A DNA stretch of 64,000 nucleotides from an uncultured bacterium (GTDB lineage: Bacteria > Patescibacteriota > Minisyncoccia > Moranbacterales > GWC2-37-73): contig CAINNK010000008.1 of NCBI GenBank assembly GCA_903851135.1, positions 13,136 to 77,135 of the forward strand. Reading direction: 5' to 3'. The notes beneath the pieces are model-generated. The model was not told where the DNA came from. It searched no databases and saw only the letters and a list, made by a program, of their open reading frames with translations. The translations under genes and the position numbers were made by a program. Shown in pieces: positions 29,071 to 38,902 of this stretch (its first letter is position 1; each line of letters starts with the position of its first letter).

Positions 29071-31653
29071 ATGGAAAAATATCAGCCAAAAGAAATTGAA
29101 AAAAAATGGCAGGAACGCTGGGAAAGTGCCGGTCTGTATAAAGATTACAGTCGAGCAAAGAAATTCTATGCGCTGGATATGTTTCCGTATCCTTCAGGCG
29201 CAGGCCTTCATGTGGGACATCCGAAGGGCTATATTGCCACGGATGTGTTTAGTCGTTTCAAAATGTTGCAAGGATACAGCGTGCTTCATCCAATGGGTTG
29301 GGATGCTTTTGGGTTGCCGGCGGAAAATTATGCGATCAAAAACAAAGTGCATCCAAGCGTAGCCACTGAAAAAAATATTGCCACTTTCAAAAAACAATTG
29401 GAGGCTTTTGGTTTCACCTATGATTGGGATCGCGAAATCAACACGACTGATCCGGTTTATTACAAATGGACCCAGTGGATTTTTTTGAAGATGTTCGAAA
29501 AAGGTTTAGCATATGAATCCAATGAACCGGTCAATTGGTGTCCAAGTTGCAAAACGGTGCTTTCCAATGAAGATTTGGAGGGCGGTCTTTGTGAACGCTG
29601 CGGCACACAAGTGGTGCAAAAAAGATTGCGTCAATGGGTTTTGAGAATGACCGACTATGCCGACCGCTTGCTGGCTGATTTGGATAGTCCAGAAATAAAT
29701 TGGGAAGAATCAATCAAAGAGCAACAAAGAAATTGGATTGGTAAAAGCCAGGGCGCTCAATTTAAAATGTCGGTGGTGATAAATGGAGGCTCGACCTCCA
29801 TAATGGAGGTCGAGCCTCCAACGCTGGCTGAGGGAAATTATATTGAGGTTTATACAACTAGACTTGATACAGTTTTCGGTATGACTTATGCAGTGGTGGC
29901 GCCGGAACATAAAGTCATTGAACAATTAAAAGCTCAAATTTCAAATTACGACGAAGTTGAAAAATATGTAATTGCTTCGCAAAACAAAACCATTCTGGAG
30001 CGCACGGAATTGCAAAAAGAAAAAACGGGCGTGAAGTTGGAAGGAGTTGAAGTTGTAAATCCCTTTAATAATGAATCTGTGCCGCTTTTTGTGGCGGACT
30101 ATGTTTTGGGCGGTTACGGAACTGGCGCCGTGATGGCCGTGCCAGCGCATGACGAGAGAGATTTTGAATTTGCCAAGAAATATGACTTGCCGATCAGAAT
30201 TGTGATTGTAAAATCAATGGGAAGTACAGCTATTGATACAAGCGCACTACCAGAAGATGAATATATAGCATATCGTATAAATGAAATTCAAGAAATGCTC
30301 GATAATAAGGAAGCTTTTGCAGATTATGGAAATATTGTAAATTCAACGTCTGAATATAATCGCTTAACTTCACAGCAGGCGCGCGAAAAAATGACGGCGT
30401 GGTTGGAAGAAAATAAACTCGGCCAGAAAAAAATAAATTTCAAAATGCGGGATTGGATTTTTTCAAGGCAACGTTATTGGGGTGAACCGATTCCGATTGT
30501 GCATTGCGAAAAATGCGGAGCGGTCGGAGTGCCGGAAGAGCAATTGCCAGTGCGTCTTCCAGAGGTTGAAAAATATGAGCCGACTGGCACGGGCGAATCT
30601 CCTTTGGCTAATATTGCTGATTGGGTCAATACTACTTGTCCAAAATGCGGTGGACCAGCCAAAAGAGAAACCAACACGATGCCCCAGTGGGCTGGTTCGT
30701 CTTGGTATTATTTGCGTTATATCGATCCAAAAAATGAGAAATTTCTTATTGATCAGCAATTAGAAAAGGATTGGATGCCAGTTGACTTATACGTTGGTGG
30801 AGCAGAACACGCCACAAGGCATTTACTATACGCACGTTTTTGGCACAAATTTCTGTTTGACATCGGAGTGGTTACCACCATTGAGCCTTTCAAGAAGTTG
30901 ATGCATGTTGGACTTATCCTAGCAGAAGATGGACGCAAAATGAGCAAGCGTTGGAATAATGTGATCAATCCCGATGAGGTGATTGGTCAGTTTGGAGCAG
31001 ATTCGATGCGACTTTATGAAATGTTTATGGGACCGTTTTCTCAGAGCATTTCTTGGAACACTAATGGCGTCGTCGGAATGCGAAAGTTTTTGGAAAAAGT
31101 TTGGAAATTATCGGCACAGATAAACACAGAAGAAGGACGGATAAACACGGAAACACAGAACAATAAAAAAATCCAAACTTTATTGCATAAGACGATTAAA
31201 AAAGTTACTGAAGATATTGAAAATTTCAGATTTAACACGGCACTTTCACAGTTGATGATTTTGGTTAATGCCATGGAGAAAGAGTATGCGAAAAGCGCAA
31301 CTACGAAAGCGCACATGCGAAAAGAAGATTATGAAAAATTACTTTTGATTCTCTCACCTTTCGCGCCACATCTTGCCGAAGAGCTTTGGCAGAAATTGGG
31401 AAATGAGAATTCAATCTTTTTGCAAACGTGGCCAGTTGCTGATGAAAAATATCTGAAGGACGAAGAAATTGAAATGGTGGTGCAAGTCAATGGAAAAGTT
31501 CGTGAGCGTTTGTTGGTGGCGATTGATGTGACGGAAGATGAAGTCAAGGAAACTGCTTTAGAGAACGAAAAGGTTAAGATTTTTACGGATGGAAAAGAGA
31601 TTAAAAAAATTATTTTTGTGCCAGAAAAATTGATTAATATCGTGGTAAACTAA
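29071..31653 (+). CDS. leuS: Leucyl-tRNA synthetase
   Basis: HIGH motif PYPSGAGLHVGHPKGY, KMSKS motif KMSKRWNN, CP1 editing domain. About 860 aa. Start taken at MEKYQPKEIEKKW (ATG 29071). The upstream ATG at 29053 lies in an (ATTTGTAG)n repeat. Confidence 0.93.
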   Translation: MEKYQPKEIEKKWQERWESAGLYKDYSRAKKFYALDMFPYPSGAGLHVGHPKGYIATDVFSRFKMLQGYSVLHPMGWDAFGLPAENYAIKNKVHPSVATEKNIATFKKQLEAFGFTYDWDREINTTDPVYYKWTQWIFLKMFEKGLAYESNEPVNWCPSCKTVLSNEDLEGGLCERCGTQVVQKRLRQWVLRMTDYADRLLADLDSPEINWEESIKEQQRNWIGKSQGAQFKMSVVINGGSTSIMEVEPPTLAEGNYIEVYTTRLDTVFGMTYAVVAPEHKVIEQLKAQISNYDEVEKYVIASQNKTILERTELQKEKTGVKLEGVEVVNPFNNESVPLFVADYVLGGYGTGAVMAVPAHDERDFEFAKKYDLPIRIVIVKSMGSTAIDTSALPEDEYIAYRINEIQEMLDNKEAFADYGNIVNSTSEYNRLTSQQAREKMTAWLEENKLGQKKINFKMRDWIFSRQRYWGEPIPIVHCEKCGAVGVPEEQLPVRLPEVEKYEPTGTGESPLANIADWVNTTCPKCGGPAKRETNTMPQWAGSSWYYLRYIDPKNEKFLIDQQLEKDWMPVDLYVGGAEHATRHLLYARFWHKFLFDIGVVTTIEPFKKLMHVGLILAEDGRKMSKRWNNVINPDEVIGQFGADSMRLYEMFMGPFSQSISWNTNGVVGMRKFLEKVWKLSAQINTEEGRINTETQNNKKIQTLLHKTIKKVTEDIENFRFNTALSQLMILVNAMEKEYAKSATTKAHMRKEDYEKLLLILSPFAPHLAEELWQKLGNENSIFLQTWPVADEKYLKDEEIEMVVQVNGKVRERLLVAIDVTEDEVKETALENEKVKIFTDGKEIKKIIFVPEKLINIVVN
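29785..29819. repeat. Perfect 15-bp inverted repeat with 5-nt loop embedded in-frame in leuS (GGAGGCTCGACCTCC-ataat-GGAGGTCGAGCCTCC)
   Basis: The arms are exact reverse complements. Translated in leuS as GGSTSIMEVEPP within a LeuRS insertion region. Confidence 0.9.
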
Positions 31654-31658
31654 ATAAT

Positions 31659-32342
31659 ATGCAAATCGTGATACCTACTGCCGGAAGAGGAACTCGGATG
31701 AAGAATTTGACAGACAATGTTCCGAAAAATATGCTTCTGATAAAAGGCAAACCGATTTTAGCATGGAAACTGGAAGCATTGCCGACTGAAATTGATGAAG
31801 TGATTTTCATTATTGGTTATTTGGGTCAGCAGATTAAAGATTATTTTGGAAATTCTTACGATGGCAAAAAAATTTCTTATTCAGTGCAAGAGAAATTGAA
31901 TGGTTCTGGCGGGGCTCTTCATTTGGTTAAAGGCTTGGTTGAGAATGATTTTTTGGTGATGAATGGTGATGATTTATATTTGAAAAAAGATGTTGAAAAT
32001 ATTTTGAAATACGACTTAGCAATGTTAGGCTTAGAAATAAATGCCTCGGACAAATTTGGAGTTATTAGCTTTGATGAAAATGGAAACCTGAAAGAAATAA
32101 TTGAAAAAGGAAAAGTTGTTGGCTCCGCGCTTGCTAATGTTGGACTTTATAAATTAAATAAAAAGTTTTTTGATTATCCTTTAGTCCCGATTGGAAATGA
32201 AGAGTTTGGCCTGCCGCAAACTTTGGTTTTGATGGCTAAGGAATTTCCGGTTCATGTTGAAAAAGCCACTGACTGGTTTGCGATTGGAGACCCGGAGCAG
32301 TTGGAAAAAGCCCAGGAAATTATTGATAAGTTTACTAACTAA
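31659..32342 (+). CDS. Sugar-phosphate nucleotidyltransferase (NTP_transferase family)
   Basis: N-terminus MQIVIPTAGRGTRMKNLTDNVPKNMLLIKGKPIL (GxGxR signature), GDDLY region. 227 aa. Confidence 0.75.
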   Translation: MQIVIPTAGRGTRMKNLTDNVPKNMLLIKGKPILAWKLEALPTEIDEVIFIIGYLGQQIKDYFGNSYDGKKISYSVQEKLNGSGGALHLVKGLVENDFLVMNGDDLYLKKDVENILKYDLAMLGLEINASDKFGVISFDENGNLKEIIEKGKVVGSALANVGLYKLNKKFFDYPLVPIGNEEFGLPQTLVLMAKEFPVHVEKATDWFAIGDPEQLEKAQEIIDKFTN

Positions 32343-32477
32343 TAAACACGGATTTATAACGGATTCATGCGGATCACGGATTAAAAAAAGGAATAAATTT
32401 GTGATTAGTAAAAATCTGTAATTGATTAGTGATTAGTGAAAATCCGTAAATAATCCGTATAAATTAGTTTTATTGCT

Positions 32478-33506
32478 ATGGAGAGAAAAAAAATTGTGAC
32501 AATTGGTGGTGGAAATGGGAGCTTCACTCTATTGAATGGATTGAAAAAATATTCCGTGGATTTGACAGCGATTGTTTCAATGACTGATAACGGTGGGGCA
32601 AGTGGAGTTTTGCGAGATGAGTTGGGTGTGCTTCCACCAGGAGATGTGAGACAATGCTTGGTGGCGCTTAGTGATTCTTCTGAAATGCTACGAAAATTGA
32701 TGAATTATCGTTTTGAAGAAGGCGGGCTCAAGGGTCATAGTTTTGGCAACTTGCTTCTTTCGGCGTTGGAAAAAATCAATGGAAGTTTTGCCAAAGGTGT
32801 TGAAGAGGCAGTTAATATCTTGAATGTGAAAGGCGAGGTGGTTCCAGTGCTGGAGCGAGACACAAACATTTTGTTTGAACTTAAAAATGGTGAAAAAATA
32901 TCAGGCGTGGTTAATGTGGATCATAGCTTTGATTTGACTAAGGTTGGGCTTAAGAAAGCTTCTCTTTTTCCAAAAGCAAAAGCCAGCAAGAAAGCGATTG
33001 AAAGACTTTTGGAGGCGGATATGATTGTGATTGGTCCAGGGCATCATTATTGCAGCATTATTCCGAATTTACTGGCAGATGGAATTCCGCAGGCAATTAG
33101 GGATTCAAAAGCAGTGGTGGTTTATAATTGCAATTTGGTGAACAAGCAAGGCCATACAGATGGTTTTTCTTTGGATGATTATGTGGCTGATATTAATAAA
33201 TATCTGGGAGGAGAGAGGATAAATTTCGTTACCTTCAACAGTCAAAAACCAGCCGCTTATTTGATTAAAAAATATGCAGACCAAAAAGAATTGTTGGTGA
33301 ATTTTGCAAAAGAAGAAAAAACTGACAGGAATTATAAAATTGTGAAAGCTGATTTGGTTAGTGGAGAAAAACCAAATTATAGTAAAGTTGATGTGTTTGC
33401 AAGTCGTCGAGCTTTCATCCGCCATGACAGCAATAAATTAGCCAAAGTTTTAATGATGATTCTGGAAATGGGCGATCGTGAAAATATCATTAAAGAAATT
33501 ATTTAA
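32478..33506 (+). CDS. YvcK/CofD-family protein (UPF0052, gluconeogenesis factor-like)
   Basis: IGGGNGSFTLLNGLKK...TAIVSMTDNGGASGVLRDELGVLPPGDVRQCLVAL matches the YvcK/CofD core. Confidence 0.85.
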   Translation: MERKKIVTIGGGNGSFTLLNGLKKYSVDLTAIVSMTDNGGASGVLRDELGVLPPGDVRQCLVALSDSSEMLRKLMNYRFEEGGLKGHSFGNLLLSALEKINGSFAKGVEEAVNILNVKGEVVPVLERDTNILFELKNGEKISGVVNVDHSFDLTKVGLKKASLFPKAKASKKAIERLLEADMIVIGPGHHYCSIIPNLLADGIPQAIRDSKAVVVYNCNLVNKQGHTDGFSLDDYVADINKYLGGERINFVTFNSQKPAAYLIKKYADQKELLVNFAKEEKTDRNYKIVKADLVSGEKPNYSKVDVFASRRAFIRHDSNKLAKVLMMILEMGDRENIIKEII

Positions 33507-33615
33507 ATAACGAATAAGGGCAGATTAATAACAGATTAAAACGGATCACGGATTAGTAGTTGATTAATAATTAGTATGAGCGATTAAACAAAAAATTCGT
33601 GATTAGTGAAAATTC

Positions 33616-35091
33616 GTGAAAATTTGTAATTCTATGGAAAAACAAAATCAAACAAATCAAAATGATTCTCAGGTGAAATTGCTTTCGCTTTCGCAGTTTC
33701 GGCGCGAGTTGGGGATCCCTCTTATTTTGGCAAAAAAATTGATTGTTTGGGGTGAGATTGAGTCAGTGAAAGCGCTGGATGGAACGCTGCGAATTGCTGC
33801 GCCAGAAATTGCGGTGGCAAAAAAACTCATTGGCACGCCAATCGGCAAGGCAAGGCTTTTTATTAAAGCGCTTGGGCCGGGTTTAATCACGGGCGCTTCA
33901 GATGACGATCCTTCTGGAATTGGAACTTATTCAGCCGTTGGTGCTACATTTGGTCTTTCAATTTTGTGGATGGCAGTTTGGCTTCTGCCAATTGTTACAG
34001 CTATCCAAGAAGCTTGCGCTCGAATTGGAGTAGTTACTAATAAGGGTTTGGCTGAGGTAATCAAGCAACATTACAGTCGCAAAATTTTGCTTGGGGCAAT
34101 CAGCTTGTTAATCATTGCCAATGTAGTTAATATTGGGGCCGATCTTGGGGCGATGGCGGCGGCAATTGGAATGTTTAGCAATCTTAATACTTATCTGGTT
34201 ATTATCTTACTGACTGTTGGTATAACGTTGTTGGAGATTTTTGTGCAGTATCATTTCTATGTGAAGTTTTTGAAGTTCCTGGCTCTTTCAGTGGTGGCCT
34301 ACGTTATTACTGGCTTTTTGATTCATCCGGATTGGCTGAATGTTTTCAAGAATTCTTTCATTCCAAACATACAATTTAGCAGCCAGTATTTGTTTGCAAT
34401 GGTGGCGGTCTTTGGCACGACAATCACACCTTATCTTTTTTTCTGGCAAGCTTCAGAAGAAGTTGAGGAAGGTAAGCTGCTTGAATATAAATATAAGACA
34501 AAAAAAAGACTGATCGATCGGATGGCTCACATGCGAATGGATGTTTATACGGGTATGCTTTTGGCAAATGTAGTTTTTTATTTTATCGTTCTGACAACAG
34601 CTCAAGTGCTTTTTTCGCATGGAGTCACTAGTATCAATACCGCAGCTGATGCGGCCAAAGCCTTGGCTCCACTGGCTGGAAAAAATGCGGCGGCGCTTTT
34701 TGCTTTTGGTATTATTGGGACTGGGCTGCTGGCAATCCCGGTGCTGGCTGGCAGTGGAGCATATGCGCTCTCGGAAGTTTTGAGTTGGAATGAAGGATTG
34801 GAGTTTAAATTTTTACAAGCTAAAGGCTTTTATTTAATCATCATTCTTTCGATTGTCTTTGGCGCTTTGTTTAATTTTCTGCAAATCAACCCGATTACGG
34901 CGCTCTATTACGCTGCCTTTTTGAATGGGATTATCGCTATTCCACTTTTGTATTTGATTATGAAAATTGGAGATAGGCAGGATATTATGGGAGATGAACG
35001 TCATCCAAAATGGGTGAAATTTTTCGGTTGGTTTGCAGTTGTAGCCATGACTATTGCAATTGTGGTGATGATTGTGATGAATTTTGTTTAG
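33616..35091 (+). CDS. Nramp-family divalent metal transporter with N-terminal HTH_17 (excisionase-like) extension; likely start at Met 33631
   Basis: Nramp consensus region LGPGLITGASDDDPSGIGTYSAVGATFGLSILW plus about 11 TM helices. The preceding 65 aa (LLSLSQFRRELGIPLILAKKLIVWGEIESVKALDGTLRI) look like an excisionase/MerR-type HTH. Confidence 0.7.
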   Translation: MKICNSMEKQNQTNQNDSQVKLLSLSQFRRELGIPLILAKKLIVWGEIESVKALDGTLRIAAPEIAVAKKLIGTPIGKARLFIKALGPGLITGASDDDPSGIGTYSAVGATFGLSILWMAVWLLPIVTAIQEACARIGVVTNKGLAEVIKQHYSRKILLGAISLLIIANVVNIGADLGAMAAAIGMFSNLNTYLVIILLTVGITLLEIFVQYHFYVKFLKFLALSVVAYVITGFLIHPDWLNVFKNSFIPNIQFSSQYLFAMVAVFGTTITPYLFFWQASEEVEEGKLLEYKYKTKKRLIDRMAHMRMDVYTGMLLANVVFYFIVLTTAQVLFSHGVTSINTAADAAKALAPLAGKNAAALFAFGIIGTGLLAIPVLAGSGAYALSEVLSWNEGLEFKFLQAKGFYLIIILSIVFGALFNFLQINPITALYYAAFLNGIIAIPLLYLIMKIGDRQDIMGDERHPKWVKFFGWFAVVAMTIAIVVMIVMNFV

Positions 35092-35100
35092 GGAGATTTT

Positions 35101-35248
35101 TTAACATAAGTATAATTTTTCTGCGAATTAAACTCAAAACTTTTTATTGTAGCTAAAATTTTCCCTCAATCAACGCGGCCAATGGAAAATTTTAGACAAT
35201 AAAAAGTTTTTCAAACAGTAATTCTTAGAAAAATTATACTTATATCAA
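35101..35248. repeat. Long nested imperfect palindrome (about 150 bp) between the Nramp and PAP2 genes
   Basis: Outer arms ATAAGTATAATTTTTCT / AGAAAAATTATACTTAT (17-bp perfect). Inner arms AAACTTTTTATTGTAGCTAAAATTTTCC / GGAAAATTTTAGACAATAAAAAGTTTTT (one 2-nt indel). Confidence 0.85.
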
Positions 35249-35329
35249 AAAATGAATTTATCTGAACCTAACATTGGATATTAAGCATTGAAAATTAAGT
35301 ATTTTTTCATGTTCAATGTAGTATGATTT

Positions 35330-35890
35330 GTGCTGTATGATAACCCTATGGATAAATTTGAAATTAAAATTGTAAAATATTTCAATCAAATCGGTTCAAA
35401 AAAAATTGATAAATTTTTGGGCGCAGTTAATGCGGTCAGCTTCTTGGCCTTCTTTTGGGTGACGCTTACGGTTATAGCTGTCACAACCCATCCAACTATT
35501 ACGCAAAAATTTGTAGTGGCCGTGCTGATTGTTTGTGTGCTTCATTTTAGTATTACGGAAGGAATCATCAAGCATTTTTTGACTCGTTTTTTTCCCAAGC
35601 GCAAGCGCCCCTATGTCGCTTATCCGGACTCGATAAAATCAGTCGGCAAAAAATTCAGTGATTCATCTTTTCCTTCCAGTCATATGGCTACAACTGTAGC
35701 GATGTTGGTGGTGATTGTTAGTTTTTATCCATCCCTGCTTGCTTTGTCAATCTTGATGATTGTTTTGATGGCTTTTTCCCGCTTGCATAACGGCATGCAT
35801 TATCCCAGTGATGTGCTTGTTGGAATTTGTTTGGGTTTTAGTTATGGTTGGGTGGCGATGCAAATTGTGAGAACATTTTTTTTAATTTAA
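35330..35890 (+). CDS. PAP2-family phosphatase (phosphatidic acid phosphatase type 2 / undecaprenyl-PP phosphatase-like)
   Basis: PAP2 motifs KR-x6-P, PSSH (SFPSSHMATT) and SRLHNGMHYPSDV. Membrane helices. Confidence 0.8.
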   Translation: MLYDNPMDKFEIKIVKYFNQIGSKKIDKFLGAVNAVSFLAFFWVTLTVIAVTTHPTITQKFVVAVLIVCVLHFSITEGIIKHFLTRFFPKRKRPYVAYPDSIKSVGKKFSDSSFPSSHMATTVAMLVVIVSFYPSLLALSILMIVLMAFSRLHNGMHYPSDVLVGICLGFSYGWVAMQIVRTFFLI

Positions 35891-36044
35891 TTATTGTGAT
35901 TTACCCCGTTAAATAATTTTAAATTTTAGTAAAAATTTAAAATTAAGATTTGAGAGTATGGGGATAAATCTTAGAAAAATATTTAAGAATTATTAATATC
36001 AAGGTTTTTTCTTTCATAGAAAGACTCAAATCTTATTTAACAGG

Positions 36045-36683
36045 GTGAAAATTTTTATCGATTTTGACGACGTGCTTTTTAATACGAAAGATTTCAGTGC
36101 CTATTTGCGAGAGTTTTATGCGGCCAACGGCATCAGTCAAGAACTTGTGCAAAAATATTATTATAATCCAGGCACCGAAAGTCAGCTGAAATTATTTGAC
36201 CCAGAGGGCTTGTTTTCGCGGCTGGAAGAACATGAAAAAATCGATGTCAGCAAATTACGTGAAGGCTTTGTAGCGCAATTAAAAAATCTTTCCAGATTCG
36301 TTTTTGGAGATGTGGAGGATTTTTTGACTCAAATTGGCAAAAAAAATGTGTATTTGGTTTCTTTTGGCTTGCCATCTTTTCAGAACGAAAAAATTATTGG
36401 AAGCGGGATAAACAACTTGGTCAGTGGCTGCGTAGTGACCAAGAATTTGAAAGCGCAAGCAATTGGCCAGGTGATGGAAAAAATGCAAATTAGTCGTGAA
36501 GAAAAAATATTTTTTATTGACGATCGCGTCCAGCAAATTGAGGATGTTAAAAAAGTTTTTCCGCAGGTGCTCACAATCTTTCTTTGTCGCCAAGAAGGAC
36601 GTTACTGTGATCAGAAAAATGAATTTTGCGATTTTGAAATTCATAATTTGCAGGAAGCCCAGGAAATAATTTCTAAATTATAG
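36045..36683 (+). CDS. HAD-superfamily hydrolase-like protein
   Basis: N-terminal FIDFDDVLFNT (DxD motif I) and FFIDDR (motif IV-like). 212 aa. Weak assignment. Confidence 0.4.
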   Translation: MKIFIDFDDVLFNTKDFSAYLREFYAANGISQELVQKYYYNPGTESQLKLFDPEGLFSRLEEHEKIDVSKLREGFVAQLKNLSRFVFGDVEDFLTQIGKKNVYLVSFGLPSFQNEKIIGSGINNLVSGCVVTKNLKAQAIGQVMEKMQISREEKIFFIDDRVQQIEDVKKVFPQVLTIFLCRQEGRYCDQKNEFCDFEIHNLQEAQEIISKL

Positions 36684-36687
36684 TAAT

Positions 36688-37794
36688 ATGGCAAGTAATA
36701 AAATCAGGGTCGGGCTTATTTTTGGTGGTAGAAGTGGCGAGCATGAGGTTTCACTCATTTCAGCTTGGAACATTTTTCATGGTTTGGATAGGAAGAAATA
36801 TGAAGTTTCATTGCTGGGCATTGATAGACAGGGAACTTGGCATTTTGGAAAAAAACAAAATTTTTGGGTGAATCCCGAGGATTCAAAAAAAGTTAGGCTA
36901 AATTCTGATGCTTTGGCAGTTACAATTGTGCGCAAAAGAAGTGAAATCTGTGTCATTGACTTGAAAGATGGAAAAAATGTTGCCAAAATCGATGTTTTTT
37001 TCCCAATCACCCATGGAACTTTTGGCGAAGATGGCTGCTTGCAGGGAATGTTGGAAATGTTGGATGCGCCTTTTGTTGGACCAGGCGTGCTTGGTAGTGC
37101 TGTTGGCATGGATAAGGATGTGGCCAAGAAGCTTTTACTTCAAGCTGGACTTAGTATTTCAAAATTTCACACTTTGCGCCTTGGGCAGGACACTGCTAGA
37201 AAAATATCAGAAATTATTGCTGATTTAAAATTTCCAATTTTTGTAAAACCAGCAAATCTTGGTTCTTCAGTTGGAATTTCAAAGGCGGAAAACAAAAAGC
37301 AGTTGCTGTCGGCAATTAAATTGGCTTTTCAATATGATACCAAAATTGTGCTTGAGCAGACAGTGGTTGGCAGAGAAATTGAATGTAGTGTATTGGGCAA
37401 TGAAAGACCGCTAGCCTCAACTCCGGGTGAAATCAAACTCGCAAAAGGTTTTTATTCTTATGCGGCTAAATATTTCGAAGTTGATGTTGCTATGCCGATT
37501 GTGAAAGCGCAGTTATCGAAAGCAACTGTAAAAAAAATTCAAAAATTGGCTGTGGAAGTTTTCCAAGTTCTGCAATGTGAAGGCATGGGACGCGTTGATT
37601 TTTTTCTGACCAAGGAAGACAAAATTTTCGTCAACGAGATTAACACCTTGCCAGGCTTTACTGGTATCAGTATGTATCCAAAAATGCTGGAACAAACCGG
37701 CATCAAATATCAAGACTTGCTTGATAGGTTAATTAGCTTAGCTTTGAAAAGAAAGGAGAATCAGAGAAAATTAAAGCGCGATTTTAAAGCTTAG
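36688..37794 (+). CDS. ddl: D-alanine--D-alanine ligase
   Basis: N-terminus KIRVGLIFGGRSGEHEVSL, ATP-grasp motifs (FVKPANLGSSVGISKA, EIECSVLG, GMGRVDFFL...VNEINTLPGFT). 368 aa. Confidence 0.85.
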   Translation: MASNKIRVGLIFGGRSGEHEVSLISAWNIFHGLDRKKYEVSLLGIDRQGTWHFGKKQNFWVNPEDSKKVRLNSDALAVTIVRKRSEICVIDLKDGKNVAKIDVFFPITHGTFGEDGCLQGMLEMLDAPFVGPGVLGSAVGMDKDVAKKLLLQAGLSISKFHTLRLGQDTARKISEIIADLKFPIFVKPANLGSSVGISKAENKKQLLSAIKLAFQYDTKIVLEQTVVGREIECSVLGNERPLASTPGEIKLAKGFYSYAAKYFEVDVAMPIVKAQLSKATVKKIQKLAVEVFQVLQCEGMGRVDFFLTKEDKIFVNEINTLPGFTGISMYPKMLEQTGIKYQDLLDRLISLALKRKENQRKLKRDFKA

Positions 37795-37947
37795 TTGAGC
37801 CTCTTTAGGCGGGATTATGCAGAAGTTTATAAATAGGAGAATATGAAACTGTTGACATTTATTCAAAAGATGTTAAGCTTTTTTGTTGTCCTTTTGATTT
37901 TAAATAGTTTTTTCGTTAACCACAATTCATAAAAAAGTGAGGATATT

Positions 37948-38391
37948 ATGCAGGAAAAAGGGAATAAAGTAATTGCCACATTAATTTTTATTTTAGTGGC
38001 AGGCTTTTTGTTGGTAAGTGGAAACACTTACCATAGAATAAAAGTGGAGAAATCCATTTTCCTTAACAAGGAATATCTTAAAATAAGAAAAGAGTTTAAA
38101 GAAACGTCTTTCTGGGATACCCCAGGGGGATACATACAAGACTATAAAGGTGGCGTTCAAAGAGCTGTAGACAAGAGGCGAGCTTTTATGAAAAAAAATT
38201 TCCCAAAAGTTAAAGAAGAAACTTATTGGGAGGTGAGGGCGGTTCGCAACACCATCTATGGAGACCGCGATGAGCATAACTGCCATGAAGCAGTGGTGAT
38301 CCAGTTTGGTTGGGAATTCCCACCTTTCCCATGGGAGAAGGGGAAGTGGAAATCGTATAAGGAGTATCCTCCGTACTCCGAAGAAAAGTAA
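37948..38391 (+). CDS. Hypothetical membrane-anchored protein
   Basis: SD (AAGTGAGGA) then ATG. One N-terminal TM (VIATLIFILVAGFLLV). No domain recognised. Confidence 0.5.
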   Translation: MQEKGNKVIATLIFILVAGFLLVSGNTYHRIKVEKSIFLNKEYLKIRKEFKETSFWDTPGGYIQDYKGGVQRAVDKRRAFMKKNFPKVKEETYWEVRAVRNTIYGDRDEHNCHEAVVIQFGWEFPPFPWEKGKWKSYKEYPPYSEEK

Positions 38392-38462
38392 GTGCTATTT
38401 GCCTTGGACTAGCTGACAGTTTAACTAACTTGTCAGTTGCTCCAAGGCTTTTTTCATTTGCC

Positions 38463-38491
38463 TTGACTTTTTACTTTTGGTCGACTATATT
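38463..38491 (+). promoter_or_regulatory. Near-consensus sigma70 promoter TTGACT-17-TATATT
   Basis: TTGACT at 38463-38468, 17-nt spacer, TATATT at 38486-38491. The downstream gene-poor region has strong hairpins. Confidence 0.45.
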
Positions 38492-38588
38492 TTTAAGCAG
38501 AATGAAAGACCTCTTGCTACTCCTTTTTTCAGGCCAAAGTGGTCGTCCAACTTTATTGCGAAAGCATGAAGTTGAATTAAAGGAGTAT

Positions 38589-38693
38589 ATGAAACCCCGT
38601 CTTTCCTTTTCCGTGCCATCCAGTAATCGCTGGTTGCTGGTTTCTTTTCTCTGTTCTTTGTTAATCTTAGAAAGTAGGTGTAGTGCATGGTAA
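38589..38693 (+). CDS. Possible small hydrophobic peptide (34 aa: MKPRLSFSVPSSNRWLLVSFLCSLLILESRCSAW)
   Basis: AAAGGAG SD 5 nt upstream of the ATG, about 100 nt downstream of the consensus promoter. Speculative. Confidence 0.25.
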   Translation: MKPRLSFSVPSSNRWLLVSFLCSLLILESRCSAW

Positions 38694-38872
38694 GTTAGGG
38701 AGGCTGTAAAACTTCAAACCCACAACATGTACGGGGTGAAGCAAACTTCAAACCTTAAGTGTGGCACTGAAAAGTGCCTCGTGTTTCAAAAAATGCGCAA
38801 TATGCCTATTTTATGCCCCCAACTTTCAGCAGACTATCTGCGAATAAGAAGCTTGGGGGCATTTTATTTAGC

Positions 38873-38902
38873 TTGACTTTTCTTGCCAAAATAGGGTATA
38901 TT
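38873..38902 (+). promoter_or_regulatory. Sigma70-like promoter TTGACT-17/18-(G)TATATT upstream of the IMP cyclohydrolase gene
   Basis: TTGACT at 38873-38878. Same -35/-10 pattern as the promoter at 38463. Confidence 0.4.
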
